A stretch of 64,000 nt of DNA from Takakia lepidozioides (lineage: Eukaryota > Plantae > Bryophyta). The DNA lies in contig CM060731.1 of NCBI GenBank assembly GCA_030704615.1, positions 95,666,001-95,730,000 on the forward strand. The letters are read 5' to 3'. A program made the position numbers and the translations under genes. The notes under the pieces were generated by a model. That model did not search any database, was not told where the DNA came from, and worked only from the letters and a program-made list of their open reading frames with translations. Shown piece by piece: positions 33,584 through 45,480 of the stretch; the stretch's first letter is position 1; every line of letters begins with the position of its first letter.

Positions 33584-35886
33584 ATGAAGGAGAAACACTG
33601 TACTATCTGTAAAATGGATAACCATTCTACTGAGAATTGTTATTGCAATAGAAGGACAACTACAAGAGAACCTAGGCAAGTGAGGGTGCATCAAGTGCAA
33701 CCCCAGCCAAGAAGAAACAATGACCAGGACCACCATGGTAGGCCTGGTGGATATAACAATGGTATGGCAGGAAGAGGTAATCCAAGAGGGAATTACCAGC
33801 CAGGGAATCAGGATTGTAGAAATAATCCCAGAATAGACCAAGGTCGAGGACCCAATGGTGAAGAACTGTGTTACTATTGTAACCAAGCAGGACATCGCAA
33901 AGCAGCCTATCCATTCTGGATCAGACACCAGAATGAGATGAGAGCTCCTGTGAATGAAGGCCCAGTAGTGGCAGCTCACATGGTTATGCCATGTTTTGTA
34001 CCAGAAGTAAGTACAATGATAGTTACCAGAAGCAAAGCTAAACTATTACCTCCAGTGGATGAGGAAGAAGATGTTAATGAAGATGGCAGTGATGTGCCTG
34101 AAGATGATGAGGCATGGAGAGATGAGAAGGAACTACACAAGGAAGTGGCTGATACCATAAGGGAAATGCAGAAGGAAACTGATATCCCTATGGCAGATTC
34201 TTTTGACTCTGAAAGAGAAGATGAAGAAGGTGAAGATGAAGTGAAGCAAGAGGCTTCACGGGTGCAGGATAATGAAGGGGCTTTGAAGTAATATACCAGT
34301 CCAAAGCTGAGATTACAATTGGGCAGCTATTGGCTGTGGCACCCCATTGTAGACATAGGCTGTATCAAGCAATCAATCAGATTGCTCATGTGATAGAGAA
34401 TACAGACCTGAACAGCAAGGTGACAAGTTATAATGTGAAACCTGAAGGGCCAAAAACTGTCATGGACTTTGATGATTCCATGCCAGTAATCCAATTGAGA
34501 ATTGGAAGCACAGACCTGACTGATGTACTGATAGATGGAGGCTCGGGAGTGAATATCATGACAGACCAATTAAGGCAGAAGCTTGGATTGAGTAATATGA
34601 AACCAGCCCCATTCACAGTAACAATGGCAGATCAAAGGAGTGTACAGCCATTGGGCTTGATAAGAGGAGTAAAGATACGGATTCAGAAGATGATCTTTAA
34701 GATCACAGTGACTGTGTTGAAAATGGATGATGTCATGGAAGCTTACTCCTTATTACTGGGTCGACCATGGCTGAAACAGGCCAGGGTATTCCATGACTGG
34801 AATTCCCAGTTACTGACTGTGCATGATGGGAAGCACAAGATACAGGTCACCACTAAAAAATCTAGTAGGCTACCTGCTACCAGAAGACCTCAAGGAGTCA
34901 GAGAGTATGACTGGAGGGAAGGACTTGATGAAGAGCAGGAGGCTACTCTGTTTGCTGCACACCCAGATTGGGAGCAGGTTGCAGAAATGCAACTCGGAGG
35001 ACTAAGTTGTTTCAAAGGTATATGTTGTGGTGCAGTATCAGCAACACCAATTGAGGGGGAAACAAACAGTTACCCACCACATTTCTATGAAGAGAGAGAA
35101 GGAGAAATAGAAATCCTAGAGGAACCAGCCACTGTGAGTCTACAGGATGAAGTAGTGGCTAGATGGACTATCACAGCTGAAGAGCAGGTGAAAGAAGTCA
35201 ATGTGGGAATTGAGAAGGAACCAAGAATGGTGAAAGTTGGGGCTGACTTGGAGCCGGAATTCTTTGAAGAAGCTAAGAGCATATTTATCAAATATAAGGA
35301 TGTATTTGCATGGAGTTATGAAGACCTGAAGGGGATACCCCCTGAAATATGCCAGCACAAGATTGAGTTGGAACCAGGTTCTGTACCAATCAAACAGGCA
35401 AGATACAAGATGAATCCCAACTATGCACAGAAGGTTGGAGAGGAGATAAAGAAGTTGGATGAGGCTAAGTTTATATACCCGATAGAGTATACAACTTGGC
35501 TATTATCCATCGTGATAGTTTCGAAGAAGAATGACAAACTGAGAGTTTATGTGAACTATAAGAAGTTGAATGATTGTACAAAGAAATATCCCTTTCCTTT
35601 GCCATTCACAGAAGCTGTACTGGACACTGTGGTAGGCCATGAGATGTACTCATTCATGGATGGCTTCAGTGGGTATAACCAAGTACAAGTAGCTGAAGAA
35701 GACCAGGGAAAGATTGCTTTCATCACAGACTGGGGTGTTTATGCATACAAAGTCATGCCTTTTGGACTATGTAATGCACCAGCAACTTTCCAGAGAGTGA
35801 TCAGTGAATCTTTCCATGAGTACTTGGATGATTTTATACAAGTATTCTTAGATGACTTCAGTGTTTATAGCTCTAAGAACGAGCAC
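33584..35886 (+). pseudogene. gag C-terminus (two zinc knuckles), protease and RT N-terminus
   Basis: CTICKMDNHSTENC, CYYCNQAGH; LIDGGSGVN, LLGRPWL; YSFMDGFSGYNQV, MPFGLCNAPATFQR, FLDD. Confidence 0.93.
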
Positions 35887-36049
35887 GAGGTTTACTATTT
35901 CATGAGCGCATGAGCCCATGAGCCCATGAGCCTATGAGCTCATGAGCGGACATCCGCGGAATTGGAATTTTCCTGCCTTTATTGACGGTGTTATGTCCTC
36001 TTACCTCGTTAATAGGGTCTGTTTCTCCTGGTCCAGGATGCGGAATGAG

Positions 36050-36330
36050 GTATTTCGGCGCCATTATTCCCAAGAGTAGTGTGCTAAAATGGTGTTTTGA
36101 AGACATCCACCGGGGTATTTCGGCACCGAAATTACCTCTTAAAATGTGATATAGTGCGGTATTTAATGGCGCAGAACGGGCTATTTGGGCGCCGAAATAC
36201 CCAAGTGGAATGTGCTGAAGTGCCTTGTGCTGAAGGCTTCCATCGCGATATTTTGGTACAGTAATTCATCCGTGGAATTTTTGAGGCCCATATAACGAAG
36301 GCGCGCATTGGGCTATTTCGGCGCCAAACA
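36050..36330. repeat. Left subterminal array of degenerate TTTCGGCGCCGAAA palindromes
   Basis: Cores at 36057, 36122, 36188, (36255), 36320; spacing 65-67 bp. Confidence 0.75.
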
Positions 36331-36573
36331 ATAGGAATGTTAGAAACGGCAGGGTTTTCATGGCTTCAAGTTCTCGGCTCGATGGTGTGCATAAATTACT
36401 TGTAGGGTTCTTCAATGAAGTTTGCGTCTCTTCTGCTTTTATTATACATTTTGGTTGGCGGAAGAAATGTAGGGAATCGGACAAGCAGTCTGAACACAAT
36501 GATTTTTCAAATCGTCAATATTTTCATTAAGTGTTTCAAAACTGTACAACAAAAGGATCCAAATGAAACTTTG

Positions 36574-37807
36574 CTATGGTGAGGATCCGCTATCACTGTC
36601 CAATGCATCCCCGGCCTCATGCAAGGATGGCTGCCTTCCACCTGCCTCCAAACCTGCACTGCCGCTACCGCTGTTACTCTGAGAAGCCCTCCCCTCAAAA
36701 ATACCATCCTCACCAGCCGGAACTGTCCACCTGGGTGCGGAAGTGTCCTCAACATTCCCCTCGCTCTCGGACGCGGATTCTATTACGAACTTCCCTACTC
36801 TGCCTTTCACAATTCTATGTTTGGCCTCATGCCTCATTATAATTCTCTGCTCATTCCCGTATGTCAATTGCTCTAACCGAGTAGGCCTATCCTCCCTGCT
36901 GATGGCTTCTCTGGCAGCCGTGTCTGCATAGACTGGTAGAAAAAAGGGCTTCTGGGGACTCGCGAGAAACGATTTTCTGGCAAAGAATGGCCGATGCGAT
37001 TCTGTCTCTTCCTCTGCAACAGGGTCCGATTCGGGCAAGTCTCCCAGCTTCTCCTCGTCGGACGACTCTGCAAGGCTGAGTGTACGCACAAACATAGAAT
37101 GAAGTACATTAGAGAATTCAAACAGGGAATCATCGGCAGGTTGCATGGTCCCTACAACCGAAACCAATACACTTACTATGGTGCAACTCACTCGAAGACA
37201 GACATTGGGGGAAGCGGCTTCGGGCGCCCCTGCATCGAACGAATTTCCTGGACTTCCTCCTCTTCATCTTCCTCCTCCCCTTCCACGTCATCTTCTGCGT
37301 TTTTGGGATCCTCAGTCGGAGGCAAACGCTGAAGGCCCGCCAAATTGTAATCGTACAAGGCCGTATCCCCCTCAAATGAGAACACAAATCGGTTCGACAT
37401 CCTTCCCGCCCACATACAGGCACCTGCAAATTCATACGACACAACCACAACCAAACTCAAGAATGAGTCGCTTCCTCGCACAAGCAAACATACACAAACG
37501 GAAATGGTGTCAATTTTGGTGCCGCATTCAATTAACGTTCTCACCTGTATTTGCAGTGATGTCGAGGACCCTGCCTTCAACATCCGTACATGTTTCCATG
37601 AGCGTCTGGGATGAATGCAGGACTCCTGGTCCTGCCATACCTCCATGGCTTGCCCGACAAATCACAAAGAATGTCCTTCTCTCCCACATGGTTGAACAGG
37701 ACGTTATACTCCAGTGGATCAACTATGGAATCAACAAGTCTTCCTGTTTCACGTAATTTGAATTTCTAATGTTTCTTCACGAAGCAAAATGCCTGAAAGA
37801 TAAGAGT
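36574..37807 (-). pseudogene. DNA amino-methyltransferase-like gene, copy B (divergent)
   Basis: TLIFQAFCFVK...GKPWRYGRTRSPAFI/QTLMETCTDVEGRVLDITANTG/ACMWAGRMSNRFVFSFEGDTALY; intron 37544-37424 at the same codon position as in copy A; one stop and one frameshift. Confidence 0.7.
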
Positions 37808-38734
37808 CTGCAGAGAAGGAAATGTCTTGGAGGTTTTGCTCCTCCGCAAGCTCCAGCAGGTTCTACTCGTCGCCAAGTTGTACCACGTTGTCGTCCTCTC
37901 CTTCTGTCAGCTCAATGGGCCGCCCTTCTGCAGATCCAACTCCCACATCTCCAGCGGCCTCCACCGCATCCGTGTTTTTTGAAATTGACTGCAAACCCAA
38001 TATCTCTGCTTCCAGTCTCCCTAGGGGTTTTACTGGCAAAGCCATGGGCTCCTTCTGCTTCCTCGACTTCCGAACTCTAGGTGGGCTTTTCTGAGGCGAT
38101 ATCTGAGGTGTTGAATGAGGACTCGCCTGCCTTGATGCACTTCCACCTTGCGAGCGCAGCACCCGGGCAGGAGTATCCAAAGTTGACTGTGTTCGCCCCC
38201 CTGCGATCCCTCCCCAGCTCCCATGTCAAACAAACAGGAAAACATGAGACACTGCACGCAAAAAAAAAGGTGTAAAAGGAATATTGCGTATGGAGTGCTT
38301 CACATCCGCAAAGCACGAATCTCTCACTGGTGGGCGATCCGAGTCTCCGGATAACGAGGTCTACATTTCATGCATGAGACGGAGCTTAAGTCGTGTCGTC
38401 GGCGGCTTCCCAAAATCCCGCGTCCTCCTTCTCTTTGCCGGAGTCACCTGACCTTCCACAAACTCTATGCTACCACTATGCCGCATAAGGAGAGGAAACG
38501 CAGGAGAATGTCACTGCAGAAGGGCAATGAACAAGAGAGCGAAGCGGTGGAACATGCAACCACTCTACACGAGCAGATGTGTAAGCAGCCACGTCTCCCG
38601 AAGCGTTGCCACCGTCCACCACTTTCTGCCGTATGGGTGATGAAGAGATTGTGACCCCTGACACGTTCGCACGGATGAAGTCGACTGGAACACGACGCGT
38701 GCCAGTTCCAGCCACCAGTACAAGATGGTTTATC

Positions 38735-40059
38735 CGAATTGCGGCACCGAAATACCTTCCGTTCACCGGATGCTGTTCCCGGAGCAGCCGACATTGAATG
38801 AAATATCCGCACATCATGAAACCCAACCGCCATGAAAATCCCCTGCCTATGACATTCAACAGTCAGGTCGGTACGTTTCATCAGCGGACGGATGAATTTC
38901 GGCGCCGAAATTCATCCTATTCAAGTGCTTTCGTACACAAACTTACAAATTTCGGCGCCGCAATTCATCGCTTCCCAAGTCCTCATTCGTCATGAGCAAA
39001 CCTGTCAGTGGGATATCGGAGCCGGAATTAATTCCGGAACAGTGGAAACGGCTGCACTTGGGCACATTTCATCCATATTTCGGCGCCGAAATTCATTACG
39101 AATATCTCCGTCCACGCGTAGACGAGGTGAAATCATCCATATTTCGGCGCCGAAATTCATCCAGAGCGAAGACTAAATCGGCACCATGCTATGCTTTGCC
39201 GCCATCATTGCCCCTGACGGATGCTATCCATGCCTGTTGGACTTGCCATTTCTGGACATTTAACTATAATTTCGGCGCCGAAATTATACTTTATGTGCGG
39301 CAACGTCCCGTGCGAAAAAGACCACTTAATGGATACTGTCGGTTTCAAATGAAAAAAACGGCTAAAATACAATTAATTTTGACAGAATGGGTTCAATATG
39401 CCGATTTCTCCATTAAATGCAGAATATTCCTGTTATCTTCGTCGGAACGGGGTATTTCCAACGATTTACGGAAAATTATATCATCCAGAAGCAAATAGTA
39501 AGTGTCCGGTTTGGACGAATTTCGGCGCCGAAATTCATCCGTCGCATAGAAAATGTAATATTAGAGTTACTCATTGCGGACAGTAAGGATGAATTTCGGC
39601 GCCGAAATTCATCCATTTCAAAGAAAAATAAATATTGGAGGGAGGGCATTGGATGAATTTCAGCGCCGAAATCCGGTGCTCAAACCCTGAAAAGAATTTG
39701 GAGGGATGGAGTCGGTTGAATTTCTGCGCCGAAATTCATTGCTCGCGAAGAAAAAAAAATAATTTCGGGAGGACTTCGGATGAATTTCGGCGCCGAAATT
39801 CATTGCTCGCGAAGAAAAAAAATAAAATCGGGAGGACTTCGGATGAATTTCGGCGCCGAAATTCATTGCTCCCGAAGAAAAAAAAAAATTCGGGAGGACT
39901 TCGGATGAATTTCGGCGCCGAAATTCATTGCTCGCGGAGAAAAAAATAAATTCGGGAGGACTTCGGATGAATTTCGGCGCCGAAATTCATTGCTCGCGAA
40001 GAAAAAGGAAAATTAGAAGGAAGGACTTGAATGAGATTCGGCGCCGAAGTTCATCTGTC

Positions 40060-40095
<36 letters not shown>

Positions 40096-40560
40096 TCAGA
40101 TGAATTTCGGCACCGAAATCCATCCGCAGGGCAGCAGAATTAGGGTCGGAAAAGGAGATGAAGAATGAATTTCGGCGCCGAAATACATCCATTCTGCCGA
40201 TTCAGGATTACTGTCATTCGGATGTCGGCACCGATATCCGGACACGTGGTGAATCACGACTGTAATCAGGAACACATTCATCTGTATTTTGGCATCCAAA
40301 TTCAACCCTCATGTGCAGAAACAATTTGATGAAGAAGATGTTCATCCGAATTTCGGCACCGAAATCCATCCGTTGGATGCTTGGTCAATTTCATGAGGTG
40401 AACAAATTACTATTTCTGTCGCCGGAATTCATCCCCTGGCTTCCAAAGTCGTTACATGACAGAGATGTTCATCCAGATTTCGGTGCCGAAATTCATGGGA
40501 AGGCCTGATTTATTGTAGCCCAAGTGGTTGTACATTACAATTCAGGCACCAAATATCCGA
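38735..40560. repeat. Phased palindrome array (GGATGAATTTCGGCGCCGAAATTCATCC), about 22 units, period mostly 62-65 bp
   Basis: Cores at 38901, 38954, 39018, 39082, 39146, 39274, 39524, 39598, 39662, 39725, 39789, 39852, 39914, 39976, 40040, 40109, 40174, 40227, 40291, 40355, 40418, 40482, 40545. Confidence 0.92.
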
Positions 40561-40871
40561 TGTGAACTTGCTGTTGTCGTCCGTTTTTGTAACGTACGTT
40601 ACATACCTTCATCTTTACGTGCACTGATCACCCATCCTGTTGGATACGGAATCCTCCAGAAAATCATTTGTGTTATTAGGTAGGACACACTCTTCTCACT
40701 GCAGGACTTCGCTGCGGAGCGTACCGAGAGGTCCCGTCTTCAACATGGACTCCCGTGTTTGGGTAAACGTGTACTTCCATCCTAATTCTCTGAAAGCTAA
40801 AATACGTTCCACGAAATCCAATTCCCAGTCGTCATCCTCCTACCACGAGAAGCTCTTCGCCCCGCATACCG

Positions 40872-41270
40872 GTGGGTGACCCCGCAGCTTGGCCCACCCA
40901 TCGGTGGGAAAAACTGAAAAGACGGCGGCCACCAACAAAGGCGAACGACACCAGGATGGCCAACGCTCTTGCAATGCCCTGCATAGTGCAAGGTTGCACG
41001 GATGTTCCTCACCCCGGGATGAGGCGCATATTTCAGTTGTCAACAGTCGGGTCTGCTGCGCGCAGTGTCGTGTATACAATCACGGTTTCACAGTACCCAG
41101 CTTGCAACTGTGAGGACTTCCTTGTTATGGAATCGAAGAATGCAACATACGTCCCCTGCAAACACCTTTATTACATTTTTCTGAAGCGCATGAGTTGCAT
41201 ATCCGCAGTGGACGTCTTCATCCATGCTCCAACACTGAGTTTCAACGAGCTGCACAAGGCCCTACGGTAG
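40872..41270 (+). CDS. SWIM zinc-finger ORF (MULE-associated), likely a fragment
   Basis: YTITVSQYPACNCEDF...PCKHLYYIF (CxC...CxH). Confidence 0.8.
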   Translation: MGDPAAWPTHRWEKLKRRRPPTKANDTRMANALAMPCIVQGCTDVPHPGMRRIFQLSTVGSAARSVVYTITVSQYPACNCEDFLVMESKNATYVPCKHLYYIFLKRMSCISAVDVFIHAPTLSFNELHKALR

Positions 41271-41974
41271 GACACTGGTCGGACTGCTTGACATTCCACA
41301 TTCGGGAAGGAGAAAGTGGCAATTATATTACATTCATCTTCTTGCACCCTATTTTTTTTGGAGGAATTATACACTTGGTGGTGCCGCATCGCCATGGCTA
41401 CATGTGAATTTTGGTGCCGCAATACATGAGAATGTGGTTTTTGGCCATGAATGGCATGCGCATGCTTTTTTTATTTTGGTTGTCTACAAATGGATCCGAG
41501 TAAAGCATACATTGTGTGGAGATTAACGGGCATTGAGGCCTATTTCAGCGCCGTTTATGGTCTATGTACTGCATAGTGCTTCCTTGTTACTGCTCTTCAT
41601 TCAATTTGTAGTGATTTCGCAGCCCATCCTGGCGTTTTCGTCCACCTCTATGAGAAGACTCCAATTTGCTACAAATACATTGTTACTGTTCTGCAAATGT
41701 GATGTCTTTACAAGATTGCTAGTTCTGTGTCCCAGTGGAAAGGGTCCTACTGCACATTCCAGCATTTGCATACTGCACTTTGTGCAAACAGCAATCCATA
41801 CGACAAAGGACACGTCCCAGCATACTGGCAGTGAATTGCAAAAAACCTTAACAGAAGATTATCCAAGCATGTATATTCCCCATATGGCACAGGGAAGCTG
41901 CTTGATTTCTGAATGAAAATGTATGTGCCATGAGTGTCGGCGAGTCGAAACATGTCTACTCTAGCATGCAAGAC

Positions 41975-42575
41975 CTATGGTCCCCTCGCCCAAGAAGAAG
42001 GAACTCTAACTGGCCTCTCAAGGACCTCCTGAGTGACCGGGTGCCTATATTTGAACAAAATGTCAGTGGTTTCTGTCGCCCGGTTGAAACTAACGAGGAT
42101 GTCGTGTTTATCGATAGCGCCCCCTTGGTAGAAGGACACTTTCACAGTGGGCCCTGTGTTCCCCTCCTCCTCATCCTCATAACTGAAGAGAATGTCCCCA
42201 CTTTCCGAGCCAGTCCGTCCACGCGTAAAGTTTTCACCTATGCACTCATCATACGTCCACTCGCCAACAATTCCAGCGATACAGCAACGCTGTGCGTGAT
42301 CTGTTCGGCTCCCACTCATGCGGAAAGTCCAGGTCCATGATGCGTAGGAACCACCTGCTCCCCAGCCGGGGTCCAGGAGAATCGTGCAATCCTGGAAGAA
42401 ACTCCATTGCTCTCAGCTGGACAAGTCGAGGATCGTCCCTATAAACATCCAGGAAAACAATGATGTCGTCTGCTTTCGGGAAAATGACTCCCGTCTGGCG
42501 TCGATAGATGTGATTCGGGCACGACATGGCCTCACGACATAGCACGAACTCAAAGCAGGGAGGAGATGGGCACAA
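41975..42575 (-). pseudogene. Unknown coding remnant in MULE copy B (two overlapping frames)
   Basis: ORFs 42249-42575 and 41975-42319 have protein-like composition and follow a pyrimidine-rich tract; no motif recognised. Confidence 0.35.
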
Positions 42576-42624
42576 CAGAGAAGAGTGAAGAGCAAAATGA
42601 GAGCAAGGCCTCCCTTACCGTAAG

Positions 42625-43115
42625 GCGGGTATTTGCTCTCCGGAGCCCAATTTTGGCGCCGTTATTGGATGGAGTGCGGAAGCTTCAGCCGAGAATTTTG
42701 TTTCCGCAGGTCAATTTCGGCGCCGTTATTGGTTGCAATCCCTAGCCTTCAGCCGGGTATTTGGTTTCCGGACCCAATTTCGGCGCCGTTATCGGCTGCA
42801 CTCCGGTGGCTTCAATCGAGTATTTGATTTTCGGGGCCCATTTCGGCGCCGTTATCGCCTGCACTCCGGAGGATGCAGCCGGGTATTTGGTTGGCGGAGC
42901 CCAATTACTTTCACCGTTGTTGGCTTCACTCCCGAGCCTTCAGCCGGCTATTTCTTTTCCTGTGCCCAATTACGGCGCCGTTATACCCAACCATCATGCA
43001 CTTCTGCAACAGTACTATCCACGGTTATAGGTCGCCATTGCGTTTTCGGAGTCTGCAAACCCGGATCCTAATTCCGCTTGCGTCTCTGCCTCTGGGATAA
43101 TTTCGGTGCCGTTAT
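42625..43115 (+). repeat. Right subterminal tandem repeat of about 63 bp with AATTTCGGCGCCGTTAT core
   Basis: Cores at 42655, 42719, 42782, 42845, (42910), 42974, 43105; flanking CAGCCGGGTATTTG also repeats. Confidence 0.85.
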
Positions 43116-43376
43116 TGCCCAGAATTCAGTTTTTCTATGACCTGGCCTAGCGGTCCATGAGTCTGGGCTCCAAGTCATGAGCGTACACTGGTACTCATGA
43201 GCGGAGTGCTTCCAGCATGAGCGAGGAAATCTTCGATTTTTGATTATTTTATAGTTTTGGGCCCGAAAAAAATCTGCCGAAATTCGAAGTGTGTTACTTT
43301 GCGGCTCATGGGTGAGCCATGCCCGCTCATGAGCTCATGAGCTCACCGCTCATGAGCTCATGGAATAGCAACCCCC

Positions 43377-45480
43377 AACGAGCACTTGCAGAAATTGGAA
43401 TTATATTTGGCCAGATGTAAGATGAGAGGTCTTGGGCTAAATCCAAAAAAATGTACTTTTTGTGTGAACTCAGGAGTTCTGTTAGGACACATTGTGTGTA
43501 AAAAATGACTGCTTGTAGATCCTAGAAAGATAGAGGCTATTAAAGCCTCATCACCACCAAATAACGTTAAGGCTCTAATGAGGTTCCTTGGACAAACCAG
43601 TTATTATAGAAGGTTTGTCAGACGATATGCACAGAATGCAGCACCATTGAGCAAGCTCTTGAAGAAGAATACAGGGTTTGCATGGACAGCTGAGTGCCAA
43701 CACGCCTTCAAGGAACTCACATTGTCAGTAACAACTACACCTGTGCTGATTAACCCACATTGGCATATGGTATTTCATGTACACTGTGATGCCTCTGGAG
43801 AAGCATTGGGAGCTGTGTTAGCCCAAAATGTCACAGGAAACATAGATTCATCTGTGTATTATGCTAGCAGATTGTTGAACAGTGCTGAAAGGAACTATAG
43901 TACCACCGAAAGAGAAGCTTTGGCAATGATTTATCCAGTCAAGAAGTTCAGGCATTATTTGCTGGGAAGGAAGTTTATGTTCTATGTGGATCATCAAGCT
44001 CTGATTTATTTGGTGAACAAGCCTTTGATAAGTGGAAGGATAGCAAGATGGCTGATTATATTGCATGAGTTTGAATTTGAAGTTGTTTACAAACCTGGGC
44101 GTTTGCATCTTGCGGCAGATCACTTGTCACGCCTTTCAACAGGAGAGCCCGCCACAGGAGTAGACGATCAACTGCCTGATGCAGGTTTATTTACAGTAGA
44201 AGTACAGGGAACAGATAACTGGATGGATTGGCAGTGGCCAATCAGATATTATTTGACTCATGGATAGTGCCCACCCAGTTATGGGAAGGAGCAGAGGAAA
44301 AGAATAGCTATCAAGGCATTACCATACATTATGATAGGAGGAAGATTGTATAAGCTAGGACCTGATGGAGTTCTTAAATGATGCTTGTACCACCATGAGG
44401 TAAATAAAGTTTTGGAAGAAGTTCATAAGGGAGTGGCTGGAGGCCATTTTGCAGAAGAGACTACCAATAGGAAAATATTACTTGCAGGTTACTGGTGGCC
44501 TACTTTGTTTAGAGATGTACACAAGTATTGTAAGAGCTGTGATGAGTGCCAAAGGCTAGGACCCTTGCAAAGATCGGGGAAGATGGCTTTGCATCCTACA
44601 ATGCCTACTGAACCATTCCAGAAATGGGGATTGGATTTTGTTGGACCAATCAATCCACCAGCCAGGAATACACAGAACAAGTATATAATCACAGCCATTG
44701 ATTATACCACAAAATGGGTGGAAGCTAAGGCTATGAGAGACAACACAGCTAAGTCCACAGCAAGGTTCTTATATGAGAACATTATCACAAGATTTCGCTG
44801 TCCCGTGGAATTTATGAGTGACCAGGGAAGTCATTTCATTAATGAGACCATTGAATTGTTGACTAAGGAGTTCATGATTGTGCACATGAAGAGTACAATC
44901 TATTACCCACAGGGCATTGGGCAGGCAGAGGCCATCAACAAAATACTATGCATTATTTTGGCTAAGATAGTCAATGCGAACAGGACAGACTGGGATACAA
45001 AGCTGTTGACAGCTTTGTGGTTATACAAGACTTCATATAAGGTCACCACCAAGTATACACCATTCCAATTAGTTTATGGTATGGAAGCTTTACTTCCAGT
45101 GGAATTCTTATTACCTACCATGAGAACTGAATGGGGAAGGAGAATGGAATTGGAGGAATCAATTAAAGTAAGGAAACATGAACTATATCATGTGGAAGAA
45201 GTACGTGCTGATGCAGCAGATAACATGGCCAGAATTCAGATGAAGAGGAAGGATCAGTTTGATGAAGGTATATTGAAGACTTTTAAGACATGTGATTTGG
45301 TACTGTGGTTGCAGAAAAGGGAAAGATTAAAGCTTCTAAGCTTAAATCACCATGGAAAGGACCTTATGTCATACAGAAGATGTATGATAACAACACAGCT
45401 ATGTTACAAACCATTAACAAAGAGATGCTTGGTAGAGTCAATGCCAATAAGTTGAACGGATACATTGGTATCCATGATAG
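43377..45480 (+). pseudogene. pol RT C-terminus, RNase H and integrase of Gypsy copy 2 (several stops and a frameshift)
   Basis: [50 protein letters not shown]. Confidence 0.95.

Larger units (their letters stand above)
35887..43376. mobile_element. Mutator-like element copy B (7490 bp), short TIRs, 9-bp TSD, no DDE transposase recognised
   Basis: TSD AACGAGCAC at 35878-35886 and 43377-43385; TIR GAGGTTTACTATTTCATGAGCGCATGAGC vs GGGGGTTGCTATTCCATGAGCTCATGAGC (24 of 29); CATGAGC subterminal repeats; SWIM ORF. Confidence 0.93.

Noticed and set aside
38892-40508. Short ORFs with repeated MNFGAEIH / EFRRRNS peptides
   Set aside because: These are translations of the DNA palindrome in several frames on both strands.
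38890-40560. True CRISPR array
   Set aside because: The context is an intron-containing eukaryotic TE with no cas genes. Repeats are degenerate throughout and the central spacers are tandem duplicates. Kept as a palindrome array.
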